A DNA stretch of 37,405 bases. It comes from Actinomycetota bacterium (GTDB lineage Bacteria > Actinomycetota > Acidimicrobiia > IMCC26256 > BP-133). Location of the stretch: NCBI GenBank assembly GCA_030838785.1, contig JAUZEY010000111.1, positions 1 through 37,405 on the forward strand, read 5' to 3'. Positions 16,149 to 24,833 of this stretch are shown here, piece after piece (positions within the stretch are counted from its first letter, which is position 1; every line of letters starts with the position of its first letter). Position numbers and translations under genes: made by a program. Below the pieces are notes generated by a model. That model saw only the letters and a program-made list of their open reading frames with translations. It was not told where the DNA came from and made no database searches.

Positions 16149-18209
16149 CTATGGGCGCATGATCGGCTGGAGCGGCCGGGCGTCGGGCCAAGACCCGTAA
16201 TAGGCCAGGATCTCCTCCGGCGGGCGCTTCTGGGACCACTCGGCTTCGAACTCGGCGTAGGGCCGGCCCCGCTGGAGGCGGGCCTGCCGCTCGGCCGCCC
16301 GCCGCTCCTCGGTGGCGACGGGGTCGACCCGCCGGCGCTCGGGGTTCCAGGCGACGTGGTGGATACGCTCGGCCGTCCACTCCGAGATGTTCCCGTTGAG
16401 AAGGTCCTCCTCGACCGCCGCGGGGTCCCGCTCGAGGGGGTCGCCGTAGCCGGCGCCGCCGGTGGCGAAGCCGATGGTGACGATGTCGTTCTGGTTGTAG
16501 GGCCGGACGGAGCGGCCCTGGAACTCGTTGTCCCACTGCCCGTTGATGGAGTGCTCGGCCAGCATCGTGGGCACGTCCATGTCCATGGTGTCGCCGGCGG
16601 CCAGCCGCTCGACGAGGTCGGCGCCCCGGACGCTGATCCCGGGAATGGTGCAAGGGGCGTAGCCGCCGAACAGGGGTTGCGGCGTCTGGATCTTCGAGTT
16701 GTCGGCGATGGCCATCATGTAGACCGCCGGTACGTGGTGGGCCACCCACACCTGGGCGGTCCCGACCCCGCCGCGGTACTTGCCGTGCCCGCAGGAGTCC
16801 TTCCAGTGCTGCGACACCGGGATGAAGAGCGGGAACTCGTTCTCGACGTGTTCCACGTCGGGGGCCCGGCCGGCCGGGCACCATGGGAAGCCGAAGGCAT
16901 TCATGCCGTCGGACGTGGGACGGCCACCCTGCCCTTCGGTGTTGATGGTGTAGGCCAGCATGTCGGCGAAGGGCATCTGCCACTGTGAGAGCCCGGCGAG
17001 CACGAGGGCGTTCCCGCCATTGCCCATCGACGCCCCCGCCTGCTGCCAGGCGGCGGTGGAGAAGAACGCCTTGGCGAAGGTGTTGTGCACCGCGCTCATG
17101 ACGCCGGTGGCGATCATGACTGAGCACGACGTCGCCGCCCGCACGTCGGGGTAGAGGCACGACCCCGGCTCGAAGACGAAGTCGATCGGGGCGAACGTGG
17201 CGTTGCTGATCGGCAGGTCGTGGAAGACGTACTCGTAGACGAAGTTGGCGAAGTGGCCGATCGCCGCCTGGGGATGGGCGTTGTAGGACGACGCCGTCTC
17301 CGGGCCGGTGCCGGTGAAGTCGACGGTCAGGTGGTCGCCGTCCTTCACCAGCGTCATCACGCACGACCGGACGAGACCCTGGTTCATCCCCACCGAGTCG
17401 GCAAAGGTGACGCAGCGGTACTTCCCGTCGGGCCAGGACTGGATCCGCTTGCGGGCTCCCTCCTCGGCGACCTGGAGCATCTTGCGGAACAGGCCGACGA
17501 CGGCGTCGACGCCCTCCCGCTCGCACATCTCCACCACCCGGGTCCGCACCCGGTCGGCGGTGGTGCAGCGGGCCTTGAGGTCGACGGCCACCATCTGCGG
17601 CGCCCGGATCCCGAAGGCCTGGAAGACGTTGAGGATGTCCTCCCGCAGTTCGAAATTCTCACCGATCTTCGTCGGCGGCAGGTTGAGGCCCTCCTCGAAG
17701 CGGGCCGTGGCCGAGACCGGCATGCCGCCGGGTTCCGACGCCCCGGTCTCGGTGGTGTGGACCAGCGCCGCCGTCCAGGCGATGAGCTGGCCCTCGAAGA
17801 AGACCGGCATGGCCACCATCTGGTCGGGGTTGTGGATGCCGCCGTAGACGGCGTCGTTGGCGAACCACAGGTCGCCGTCCTTCACGCCGGGGTTCTTGGA
17901 GTAGTTGGCCAGGATGTACTTGATGATGAGGGGCGGGATGACGGCGTGGAGGTAGCTGCCGCAGGAGCCGTTGACCATGTCGCCGTCGGCGGTGAAGATC
18001 CCCACCAGCGAGTCGCCGGCGATCCCCATGGCGGAGCGGCAGGAACGGACGAAGACGTCCATCCCCTCGTCGAGGATGTCGTTGGTCCGCTGGAAGCCGA
18101 TCTCGAACTCCCCGAGGCCGATCTGCTCCACGCACTTGAGCTCGTGGTCGGTGGCCGGCACCGGCTTCAGCCAGTGAAGCTTCTCCTCCAGCGTGGGGAT
18201 GCCGCTCAC
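16149..18209 (-). CDS. Hydantoinase B/oxoprolinase-family subunit, acetone/acetophenone-carboxylase catalytic-subunit type
   Basis: 686 aa with GDLWFANDAVYGGIHNPDQ, KYRGGVGT and a C-terminus ...EEILAYYGSWPD, all reminiscent of acetone carboxylase alpha. The GTG start overlaps the upstream stop (GTGA at 18206-18209), and GGGAGGGAGG lies just upstream. Confidence 0.88.
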   Translation of the reverse strand: MSGIPTLEEKLHWLKPVPATDHELKCVEQIGLGEFEIGFQRTNDILDEGMDVFVRSCRSAMGIAGDSLVGIFTADGDMVNGSCGSYLHAVIPPLIIKYILANYSKNPGVKDGDLWFANDAVYGGIHNPDQMVAMPVFFEGQLIAWTAALVHTTETGASEPGGMPVSATARFEEGLNLPPTKIGENFELREDILNVFQAFGIRAPQMVAVDLKARCTTADRVRTRVVEMCEREGVDAVVGLFRKMLQVAEEGARKRIQSWPDGKYRCVTFADSVGMNQGLVRSCVMTLVKDGDHLTVDFTGTGPETASSYNAHPQAAIGHFANFVYEYVFHDLPISNATFAPIDFVFEPGSCLYPDVRAATSCSVMIATGVMSAVHNTFAKAFFSTAAWQQAGASMGNGGNALVLAGLSQWQMPFADMLAYTINTEGQGGRPTSDGMNAFGFPWCPAGRAPDVEHVENEFPLFIPVSQHWKDSCGHGKYRGGVGTAQVWVAHHVPAVYMMAIADNSKIQTPQPLFGGYAPCTIPGISVRGADLVERLAAGDTMDMDVPTMLAEHSINGQWDNEFQGRSVRPYNQNDIVTIGFATGGAGYGDPLERDPAAVEEDLLNGNISEWTAERIHHVAWNPERRRVDPVATEERRAAERQARLQRGRPYAEFEAEWSQKRPPEEILAYYGSWPDARPLQPIMRP

Positions 18210-20455
18210 GACGCCCTCCCTCCCGCCGTGGCCAGCGCCTCGGCGTCGATCTTCTGGCTGTGGGTCGAGACCGGCGCGGCGAGCGATTCGAGCACGCCGA
18301 GGCCGTACCGGTCGATGGAGTACCGCATCCCGGGTGGGACGACGATCGTGGTCAAGGGCGCTTCGACGACGGCTGGGCCGGCGATGACGTTGCCGGGCCG
18401 GAGCGAGTCGGCGTCGTACAGCGCGGTCTCCACCCAGTCCCGCGTCTCCGGCCAGTAGGCCTGTCGTGACCCGGTGATGGCCGCCTTGGCGTCCTCACCC
18501 TCGAGAGCCGACTCGGGAAGAACGGGCTTCGGCGTCGGCACCGTCACCTTGAGCACGAAGTTGTCGAGGTACACACCGCCGGGCTTGTTGACCACCAGCG
18601 GGCTGAACGCCTCGGAGAACTCCTTCTCGAAGTCCTCGTAGACCGAGATGACGTCCTTCTCGCTCTCCAGGAACAGGACGGACGAGGCCATGCGCTTCAC
18701 GTTGACCTGGCCGCCGTAGAGCATGTCGAGCTCCAGGCTGAAGGTGGCTCCGTCGGCCGGGAGACCCTCGGCCAGCAGGTCCTGGCGGGCCTGGTCCATC
18801 AGCTGGCGGACGGTGGCGTTGAACGTCTCGTAGTCCTCGGTCCACTTCTGGGTGAGCGACTCGAGGAAGATCATCCTTTTCGACGTCTCGTAGACGTGGA
18901 CGATGTCCATGATCGAGCTGCCCAGCGCGCAGAACACCGGCGCGGAGGGGAACACGACCGCCTTGGCCAGGTCGCCGAGGTAGCCGGACACGTGGGTCGG
19001 CCCGGCGCCGCCGAAGGCGAAGAGGATGAAGTCCTCGGGGTGGTAGCCCCGGAGGTGGATTTCCCGCTTGATGGCCGAGGCCATGTTCTGGTCGACAATC
19101 CGACGGATCAGCGCCGCCGCCTCCTCGACCGGCACACCGAGTGGCTCGGCGATCCGCTCCCGGATGGCCCGTTCCGCCTTGGCCCGGTTCAGCGGCATGC
19201 GCCCGCCGTAGTAGGTGTCAGGGTTGATGTAGCCGAGGACAACGTCGGCGTCGGTGACGGTCGGCTCGGTCCCGCCCTGGTCGTAGCACACCGGGCCGGG
19301 CATCGAGCCGGCGCTGCGGGGCCCGACGTTGAGCTGGTTGCCGATCGGGTTGATCCAGGCGATGGAGCCGCCCCCGGCGCCGATCGACAGGGTCTGCAGC
19401 ATCGTGATGCTGACCATCCAATGGTCGATGATCGGCCGGAACTCGTAGTTGCGGACGGAGTCGCCGACCACCAGGCCGATGTCGAAGCTCGTGCCGCCCA
19501 TGTCGCCGGCCACCACGTTGTGGTAGCCGAGGCTCTGGGCCAGGTGGTACGAGCCCATGAGGCCCGACACCGGCCCCCCGTTGTAGGTCCGGCTGGCGGT
19601 GGTCTTGAACACCTCGCCGGAGCCGCCGGAGTTGTGGATCATGAGGAAGCTGCCCCGGTAGCCGGCCTCCCGCAGCTTGTCCCAGGTGGACGACAGCTCC
19701 GTCTGCATGGCCCGCTGCAGGTAGGCGTCGAGCACGGCCGTCATCGTCCGCTCGTACTCGCCGAGCTTGGCCACCACCTGCGACGACAGCACCACCGGCA
19801 GGTAGCCGATGTGAAACGCCTTGTACTCCTCCCGGATGATCTCCCGGACGCGCCGCTCGTGGGCCGGGTTCATGAAGCTCCACAGCAGCGACACCACGAT
19901 GGCCCGGGCGCCGCGCTCCATGAGGATGCGGAGCTTGCGGCGCACGTCGTCCTCGTCGAGGGGCCGCATGACCGTCCCGGTGGAGTCGACCCGCTCCTTC
20001 ACACCCACGATGAGACGCCGGGGGACGAGCGGCTCGGGCTTGTGCTGGACGGCCAGGTTGCGCCGCTCGGCCAGGCGGGTGCCGTCGGTCCACTGGGCGC
20101 CGCGGCCGATGAGGACGGCGTCCTCGTGGCCCTCAGTGGTGATGAGCCCGACCCGGGGACCCTTCCGTTCGATGAGGCGGTTCATCGCCACCGTCGTCGA
20201 GTAGCGGACGACGTCGATCCGGGGCAGGAGCTCCTCGAGCGTGAGGCCGGCTTCGGCGGCGCCCTCCTCGATGGCGTTCATGAAGCACACCGACAGGTCA
20301 TAGGGCGTGGTCGGCGCCTTGGCAATGGTGCGTTCCCCGTCGAGGGTCAGGACGAAGTCGGTGAACGTGCCGCCGACGTCGATGTCGATCGAGTTGAGCC
20401 GGTTCCCAGCCATGCTCTCGGCAGGGGAAGTCGTCGTCACAGGGCCACTCGTCAC
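18206..20455 (-). CDS. Hydantoinase A/oxoprolinase-family subunit (paralogue 1, ATP-binding type)
   Basis: 749 aa with IDIDVGGTFTDFVL (ASKHA phosphate-1 loop) and DMGGTSFDIG (second ATPase loop). The GTG start overlaps the gamma stop (GTGA at 20452-20455) with GGGAGG upstream. An alternative ATG lies at 20413. Confidence 0.88.
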   Translation of the reverse strand: MTSGPVTTTSPAESMAGNRLNSIDIDVGGTFTDFVLTLDGERTIAKAPTTPYDLSVCFMNAIEEGAAEAGLTLEELLPRIDVVRYSTTVAMNRLIERKGPRVGLITTEGHEDAVLIGRGAQWTDGTRLAERRNLAVQHKPEPLVPRRLIVGVKERVDSTGTVMRPLDEDDVRRKLRILMERGARAIVVSLLWSFMNPAHERRVREIIREEYKAFHIGYLPVVLSSQVVAKLGEYERTMTAVLDAYLQRAMQTELSSTWDKLREAGYRGSFLMIHNSGGSGEVFKTTASRTYNGGPVSGLMGSYHLAQSLGYHNVVAGDMGGTSFDIGLVVGDSVRNYEFRPIIDHWMVSITMLQTLSIGAGGGSIAWINPIGNQLNVGPRSAGSMPGPVCYDQGGTEPTVTDADVVLGYINPDTYYGGRMPLNRAKAERAIRERIAEPLGVPVEEAAALIRRIVDQNMASAIKREIHLRGYHPEDFILFAFGGAGPTHVSGYLGDLAKAVVFPSAPVFCALGSSIMDIVHVYETSKRMIFLESLTQKWTEDYETFNATVRQLMDQARQDLLAEGLPADGATFSLELDMLYGGQVNVKRMASSVLFLESEKDVISVYEDFEKEFSEAFSPLVVNKPGGVYLDNFVLKVTVPTPKPVLPESALEGEDAKAAITGSRQAYWPETRDWVETALYDADSLRPGNVIAGPAVVEAPLTTIVVPPGMRYSIDRYGLGVLESLAAPVSTHSQKIDAEALATAGGRAS

Positions 20456-20847
20456 AGGGACACCTCCCGGCCCTCGGCCACCGCCAGGCGGCCGTCCTCG
20501 ATCCGGATCTCACCGCTGGCCAGGCGGGCCTTCAGCCGGTCGACGTCGAGCTCGATGTCGACGGTGATCGGATGGCCGGGCGGCAGGTACTCCGTTTCGA
20601 CCTGGGCGCCGCAGCCGGGGCAGTAGAACTCCAGGATCCGAACCCAGTCCGGATCAGGCGAGAACGTGAACGCCCCTTCGATGAGCGGCGGATGGACCTC
20701 GCGGGGGTCGCGCTCGTAGACGAGGCACCCTTCCTTGTAGGGCTGCCGGGCTGACACCAGCTCGGTGTCGCACCGGTTGCAGCGCCACGCCTCGGCGTCG
20801 AGGTCGAGGTCGAGGTACTCGGTGAAGCGGATGCGGGTCGCGGTCAT
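20452..20847 (-). CDS. Acetone-carboxylase gamma-subunit-family small zinc protein
   Basis: 131 aa with two CxxC pairs (WRCNRCDTEL and FYCPGCGAQV) and the motif YLPPGHP, as in AcxC/Apc-gamma-type subunits. The ATG at 20847 is preceded by GGGGGAGGA. Confidence 0.82.
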   Translation of the reverse strand: MTATRIRFTEYLDLDLDAEAWRCNRCDTELVSARQPYKEGCLVYERDPREVHPPLIEGAFTFSPDPDWVRILEFYCPGCGAQVETEYLPPGHPITVDIELDVDRLKARLASGEIRIEDGRLAVAEGREVSL

Positions 20848-20855
20848 TCCTCCCC

Positions 20856-22814
20856 CTATGCCTTGCGCAGGACGCCGTTGGCGAATTCGTCGATGGCCAG
20901 TGACCAGCCCGGTGGCACGAGGCACGTCATGGTCTCCCCCACCGCCAGCGCCGGCCCCTCGACTGCGGCGCGCCCGATCAGGCTGGCCCAGTCGTAGACC
21001 GCCGTGTGGTGGCGGGCGCCGCGGAGCATCACCGGACGGCGGACGAGCGGCGGTGGTGCCGTCGATGCGTCCGGCGACGGGTGGCCGACGGGCTCGTAGG
21101 CCCCGACCGGGAAGCGGGCCCGGATCCGGGCGACTTCGACGTGACCGCCCCCGGCGTCGGACAGCGCGTCGTCGATCGTCCCGGCCCGGACGATTCTTCC
21201 GGGGGACGCCCCCGAGCCCCCGGGGCGGGCGGCCGACCCGTTGGCCGCCAGATCGAGCTCGACCTCGATGGTGGCGGCGTCGGGGTCGAACCCCTCGGCC
21301 TCGAGGTCCCGGCGGGCGGTGGCGACGAGGTCATCGGCTGCGGCGCGGGCGTCGGAGATTCCGGCGAGGCTGCGCTCGTAGACGTGCACGACGTCGGCGA
21401 CCGACGACCCGAAGGCGGCGAAGACCGGCCCGAGGCCGAACACCCGGGCGGTGGAGATGCCGAGCCGCTCCGCCACCGGCGCGGCGAACATCGACCCGTT
21501 GCCGCCATAGGCGAACAGTGTGACATCGGCGGCGTCGAGGCCGGCCTTGCCCAGCGTGGAGCTGACGAGGTCGGCCACCATGCCCACCGCCGTGTCGGCC
21601 ACTATGGTGGCCGCTTCCTCCGCCGAAACGCCGAGCGGCTCGGCCAGCTGTTTGGTGAGGGCCTCCTCGGCCCGGGCCAGGTCGAGGGTGCGCCGCCCGC
21701 CGAGGAAGCGGGTGGGGTCGAGGTAGCCGAGGATCAGGAAGGCGTCGGTGACCGTGGCCTGGTCGCCGCCGAGGCCGTAGCAGGCCGGGCCGGGAGCGGC
21801 GCCCATGCTGTCGGGGCCGAGCCGCACGCCGCCGCCGTCGACGGGCCGGGCGACGCTCCCGCCGCCGAGAACGGCGGAACGCAGCAGCGGTAGCGACGCC
21901 CGCACGGAGATGTCGAAGATGTCGCCGTCGCGGGTGAACATCGGTTCACCGCCGAGGACGACGCTGGCCTTGGCGGTGGTCCCACCGACGTCGAGGCAGA
22001 GGACGTCGGACAGGGCGTAGCGGCGGGCCAGGTAGGCCGACGCGTACGTCCCGAACACCGGACCGGACTCGATCGTGTCGAGCGCCTTCGTCTTGCCGAC
22101 CCGGGCGACGCCGCCGTTGATGTGACCGACGAGGAGCGGCCCGTCCCAGCCTTCGTCGTACTTCAGCATGTCCTCGGCCTGGAACAGCGCGGAGGCCAAT
22201 CGGGTGTGGGTGTAGGCGTTGATGAGGGAGCAGTGGGTACGGGTGGCGTCGTCGTGGACCTGGGCCATCTCGCTGCCCATCACGACCGGTACGGCGCCCA
22301 GGTAGTGGTCGGGGTACTGGGCCTCGATGACGCCGGCCACGGTCCGCTCGGACGCGTTGTCGGGGAAGGCGCCGTCGAGGCTCACGCAGATGCGCCGCAC
22401 GCCCTCCTCGAACAGCCTCTTGACAGCGGTGAGGACGTCGACCTCGGTCGGGTTCTCGGGCAGGCCGATCACGTTGTGCTCCGCCACCAGCGTCCCGACC
22501 GCCGGCGATGGACCGGCGCCGTAGAGGTCGCCCTCGTGGCCGTGGCGGACCAGCAGCCCGACCTTCGCCCCCGTTCCCTCGCCCAGCACGTTGGAGGTGA
22601 TCGTCGACGACCACCGGATGAACGACACGTGGTCGAGGAACCCGGCGACATCCTCCTCGTAGCCGAGCAGTCGGGCCGCCTCCACCAGAACCTGACGGAA
22701 CGAGACGGTGAAGTCGTGCGGGGTGGTGTCGACCTTGATGGCGTGGAGCTCGCTGCCGTCGGCCACCAGTCCGTCGGTCATGGTGCCGCCGGTGTCGATG
22801 TCGACCGTGTACAT
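20856..22814 (-). CDS. Hydantoinase A/oxoprolinase-family subunit (paralogue 2)
   Basis: 652 aa starting MYTVDIDTGGTMTDGLV, with a second loop LDVGGTTAKASV and the C-terminus GPALAVGETMTCLVPPGW. The ATG at 22814 is preceded by GGAAGGGGAGG. The upstream 22815-23057 part of the ORF is non-coding read-through. Confidence 0.86.
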   Translation of the reverse strand: MYTVDIDTGGTMTDGLVADGSELHAIKVDTTPHDFTVSFRQVLVEAARLLGYEEDVAGFLDHVSFIRWSSTITSNVLGEGTGAKVGLLVRHGHEGDLYGAGPSPAVGTLVAEHNVIGLPENPTEVDVLTAVKRLFEEGVRRICVSLDGAFPDNASERTVAGVIEAQYPDHYLGAVPVVMGSEMAQVHDDATRTHCSLINAYTHTRLASALFQAEDMLKYDEGWDGPLLVGHINGGVARVGKTKALDTIESGPVFGTYASAYLARRYALSDVLCLDVGGTTAKASVVLGGEPMFTRDGDIFDISVRASLPLLRSAVLGGGSVARPVDGGGVRLGPDSMGAAPGPACYGLGGDQATVTDAFLILGYLDPTRFLGGRRTLDLARAEEALTKQLAEPLGVSAEEAATIVADTAVGMVADLVSSTLGKAGLDAADVTLFAYGGNGSMFAAPVAERLGISTARVFGLGPVFAAFGSSVADVVHVYERSLAGISDARAAADDLVATARRDLEAEGFDPDAATIEVELDLAANGSAARPGGSGASPGRIVRAGTIDDALSDAGGGHVEVARIRARFPVGAYEPVGHPSPDASTAPPPLVRRPVMLRGARHHTAVYDWASLIGRAAVEGPALAVGETMTCLVPPGWSLAIDEFANGVLRKA

Positions 22815-22877
22815 AGCCTCCCCTTCCGGTCGCCGGAACGGATCGAGCCTCGCATTCTGTCTTCCCGACGACCATGT

Positions 22878-22900
22878 ACCGACCGGACAAAAGACCGACC
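22878..22900. promoter_or_regulatory. Direct repeat ACCGACC-N9-ACCGACC in the divergent carboxylase/regulator spacer (candidate operator)
   Basis: The sequence gtACCGACCggacaaaagACCGACCag sits in the 178-bp lower-GC intergenic region between the starts at 22814 (-) and 22993 (+). Confidence 0.3.
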
Positions 22901-22992
22901 AGCCGAATTGTTCAAGGAGTACAGACGTCGGACGGGCGGCGCGGTTTAGGCTGCGTCCCGGGCAGCAGCCATTGGCCCGGGGGGACCAATCC

Positions 22993-24810
22993 ATGGCGGC
23001 CGACATCGAGGAGAGCCAGCGCAGGATCAGCGCCCTCGTGCGGGTGGGCCGGGCCATGGTGTCCGCCGCCGACTACGAGCTGGCCCTCGGGACGCTCATC
23101 GAGACCGTGAGCCGGCTCCTCGACGTGGAGACCGGCGGGTTCCTCGTCTACGACCCGGCCCACGACGAGCTCGTCCTCCAGCAGCCCGCCTTCGGCATCG
23201 AGGATCCGAAGCTCATCGCCGAGTACCACGTCCCGCTGTCCGCCGGAGGGAACGCCGTCCGCGTGTTCCTTTCGCAACGGGCCTACCTCTGCAACGACGC
23301 CGAGCACGACCCCCGGATGATCCACCGGTTCGTGGAGATGTTCGGCGCCCGCAACATCCTGTCGATCCCCCTCATCGTGGAGGACCGACCCATCGGCGTG
23401 TTCCACGCCATCAACAAGCGCAGCGGCGACTTCGACCACGCCGACCTCGACCTCCTCACCCTCGTGGCGCCGCTCATGGCCGTCAGCGTCTCGTCGGCCC
23501 AGATGTTCCGGGAGCTGCGGGAGAAGAGCCGCCTGCTGGAGCGGGCCGTGTTCCTCCAGGCGGAGCTGTCCCGCACCGCCCTCGACGCCCCCGGTATGGA
23601 ACCCCTGGCCGAGCGCCTCGCCGACCTCATCGCCCGGCCGGTCATGGTCCTCGACTCCGCGCTGCGGCCGATGGCCAGCGCCCGGTGGCCGGAGGAGCAG
23701 CTGCCGAACCAGTCGTGGCTCCGCCGCGGGCGCCTGCCCGATCCCGGCGGCACCGGGACCGGCCGCGGCGGGAACACGGCCGGCGACGCCGCCGATCATC
23801 CCGTCGTGACTCCGATCGCGGTCGGGACCCATTTCGGCGGGTACCTGGCCGTGCTGCCGGGCGGGGCCAGCCTCGACGTCCTCGACACCCGGGCGATCGA
23901 GCACGCGGCGGGGATCTTCGCCCTCGAGATGCTCCGGGAGCAGAGCGCCTACGAGGTGGAGTCCCGCCTGAAGGGCGACGTCCTCCAGGACCTGTTCACC
24001 GGCAGCTACCGGGACGAGGACGAGGCCGCCGGGCTGCTCCGCCGGCTGGGCTACACCCTGCCCGGCGCCTACCGGGTCGTCCGGGTGGAGGCCGCCGCCG
24101 CCTCCGGTGACCGGGAGGGCCGCCCCGCCCGCTGGCAGGAGGAGATGCAGGGGCCCCACTCCCGGCTGTACGGCGCCCTCAACGAGGTGTGCGTCAAGGT
24201 CCTCGGCGTGGCGGCGGTCGCGCCGTGGAGGTCGGGGTTCCTGCTGCTGATGCCGGCGCTGAACCCCGAAGGTGACTTCCAGGTCGCCCAGGAGCTGTTC
24301 GAGCACTTCCGATTCGTCGGCGAGCAGGTGCGGCCCGGGCTGAGACTCTCGCTGTGCCTCGGCTCGGCGGTGGCGGCCGTGGGGGCGCTCGGCCAGTCGC
24401 TCGAGGAAGCCGAACGGGCCCTGGCGGTGGCCCGCACGCTGGAGATCGTGGACCGGCCCCTGGCCTTCGAGCACCTCGGCGTCTACCGGGTCCTCCTCGG
24501 CCCCAACAACGCCCGCGACCGGCGCGACTTCGTCGACGAGGCCCTCGGCAGCGTCGTCCGCTACGACCTGGAGCACGGCACCGACCTCGTCGACACGCTG
24601 CGGGCCTGGGTGGCCGCCGACTACAACGTCGGAGCGGCGGCGTCGCGGATGTTCGTCCATGCCAACACCCTCAAGTACCGCCTCAAGCGGATCCGGACGC
24701 TGATCGGTGGGGATCCGTCCCGCGGCGACCTGCGCCTCCAGATCGAGCTGGCCCTCAAGATGCTCGACCTCCCCCGCCTCACCTCGATCGCGCCGCCAGC
24801 CGAGCGCTGA
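22993..24810 (+). CDS. GAF-domain / PucR-family transcriptional regulator
   Basis: 605 aa. The N-terminal region is GAF-like (LIETVSRLLDVETGGFLVYDP..LVLQ...IPLIVEDRPIGVFHAINK). The C-terminus is a PucR HTH (LVDTLRAWVAADYNVGAAASRMFVHANTLKYRLKRIRTLIG). It is divergent from the carboxylase operon. Confidence 0.85.
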   Translation: MAADIEESQRRISALVRVGRAMVSAADYELALGTLIETVSRLLDVETGGFLVYDPAHDELVLQQPAFGIEDPKLIAEYHVPLSAGGNAVRVFLSQRAYLCNDAEHDPRMIHRFVEMFGARNILSIPLIVEDRPIGVFHAINKRSGDFDHADLDLLTLVAPLMAVSVSSAQMFRELREKSRLLERAVFLQAELSRTALDAPGMEPLAERLADLIARPVMVLDSALRPMASARWPEEQLPNQSWLRRGRLPDPGGTGTGRGGNTAGDAADHPVVTPIAVGTHFGGYLAVLPGGASLDVLDTRAIEHAAGIFALEMLREQSAYEVESRLKGDVLQDLFTGSYRDEDEAAGLLRRLGYTLPGAYRVVRVEAAAASGDREGRPARWQEEMQGPHSRLYGALNEVCVKVLGVAAVAPWRSGFLLLMPALNPEGDFQVAQELFEHFRFVGEQVRPGLRLSLCLGSAVAAVGALGQSLEEAERALAVARTLEIVDRPLAFEHLGVYRVLLGPNNARDRRDFVDEALGSVVRYDLEHGTDLVDTLRAWVAADYNVGAAASRMFVHANTLKYRLKRIRTLIGGDPSRGDLRLQIELALKMLDLPRLTSIAPPAER

Positions 24811-24833
24811 ACTTCGGCGTTGCGGCCCGCCCG

